This document shows positions 36,150 to 36,603 of a stretch of DNA of 36,603 nt, one piece after another. The notes beneath the pieces are model-generated. The model was not told the DNA's origin. It did no database searches and was given only the letters and a program-made list of their open reading frames with translations. A program made the position numbers and the translations under genes. Position 1 is the first letter of the stretch; the number at the start of each line of letters is the position of its first letter. The DNA is from an uncultured Candidatus Saccharibacteria bacterium (GTDB lineage Bacteria > Patescibacteriota > Minisyncoccia > Phycocordibacterales > UBA9973), in the NCBI GenBank assembly GCA_964637995.1, contig CAZWXV010000001.1, forward strand, positions 41,186 through 77,788. The letters run 5' to 3'.

Positions 36150-36603
36150 TTATATATCTATCAGCCGTTGCGACACCGAGGTCTGCAGGAAGAACGGGGT
36201 GGCTAAATTTCTAAATTTAATTTCGCCGACCATGCGCATGGTAATGAACGGCTGTCTCTGGTCGCCGCCCGGAGCTTCAGCGCCCACTACAAAAAAACCG
36301 GATAGGTTTATGTCTAACTCCAGTTCCTCCGGGGTAAGTCTCGTGGGCACGGGTGTGGGTGTGGGCACCCCGGCATAAGGGCCGGAGAGTTTCCAGAGAC
36401 TGCCTATCCCCTCTTCATCCTCCGCAAAATAATATATCTCCTGGTCATTGAAATCATTGGCATTGCCGCTGTCAGTCTCAAAAGATGTGCCGTAGCCCCC
36501 CAGAGGGCAGCTTTGGGCGTAATTTAGCGCCGTAAGCTGGCTCGGCAATATTTCGTCCTCACCGTCTACGAAACAATGATAGGTGTATGCCGTCCTCAAA
36601 TTG
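36150..36603 (-). CDS. C-terminal part of a further pilus-cluster protein (PilW/GspJ-like?), open to the window edge
   Basis: The frame is open to position 36603 and the track start is only a TTG at the edge. The gene lies directly upstream of the pilV-like gene. I recognised no strong motif. Confidence 0.35.
   Translation of the reverse strand, partial: NLRTAYTYHCFVDGEDEILPSQLTALNYAQSCPLGGYGTSFETDSGNANDFNDQEIYYFAEDEEGIGSLWKLSGPYAGVPTPTPVPTRLTPEELELDINLSGFFVVGAEAPGGDQRQPFITMRMVGEIKFRNLATPFFLQTSVSQRLIDI

Overview
This 36.6-kb window is about 90 % coding and dense with housekeeping genes, most on the minus strand. All coordinates were counted by hand, so small motifs may be off by 1-2 nt.

Gene content in window order:
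- rpoB, plus the first codons of rpoC
- a secreted hypothetical protein
- rpsP, a KH protein and trmD
- rnr
- a DD-carboxypeptidase::CapA fusion
- a 55-aa AbrB/SpoVT-like micro-ORF, below the ORF-track cutoff
- rpmF, NusB::Nudix, rnc, a hinge-less smc and a HAD hydrolase
- a T-box leader, an N-terminally minimal thrS and a histidine phosphatase
- gyrB
- domain-minimised pheS and pheT
- proB-proC-proA
- a single-chain UvrD-helicase::Cas4/AddB-like nuclease
- truB and terC
- a free-standing Trbp111/CsaA-type tRNA-binding protein
- a peptidoglycan-binding protein with an acidic DAED-repeat tail
- tRNA-Ser(GGA), followed by a small accessory islet (XRE remnant, ABM-like protein, small membrane protein)
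- ligA
- a type IV minor-pilin cluster (PilV-like, PilX-like::LamG)

Domain-stripped aaRS genes, a short SMC, near absence of Shine-Dalgarno sequences and type IV pilins suggest a reduced-genome bacterium, possibly CPR/Patescibacteria. That is inference only.

Most noteworthy observations:
1. The SMC orthologue has no hinge. Its only two cysteines form a Rad50-like CPxCG hook at the coiled-coil apex.
2. An extended -10 motif, TGCTAnAnT, recurs at transcription-unit heads. It usually sits 6-9 nt before the ATG, which implies mostly leaderless mRNAs.
3. An ORF-free 400-nt gap upstream of gyrB carries an orphan copy of that promoter, antiterminator/terminator alternatives and interlocked inverted repeats. 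This is a candidate riboregulator or sRNA.
4. A compact T-box precedes an editing-domain-less ThrRS.
5. There are several unusual domain fusions and deletions.

I saw no CRISPR array, IS element, rRNA or obvious defence island.
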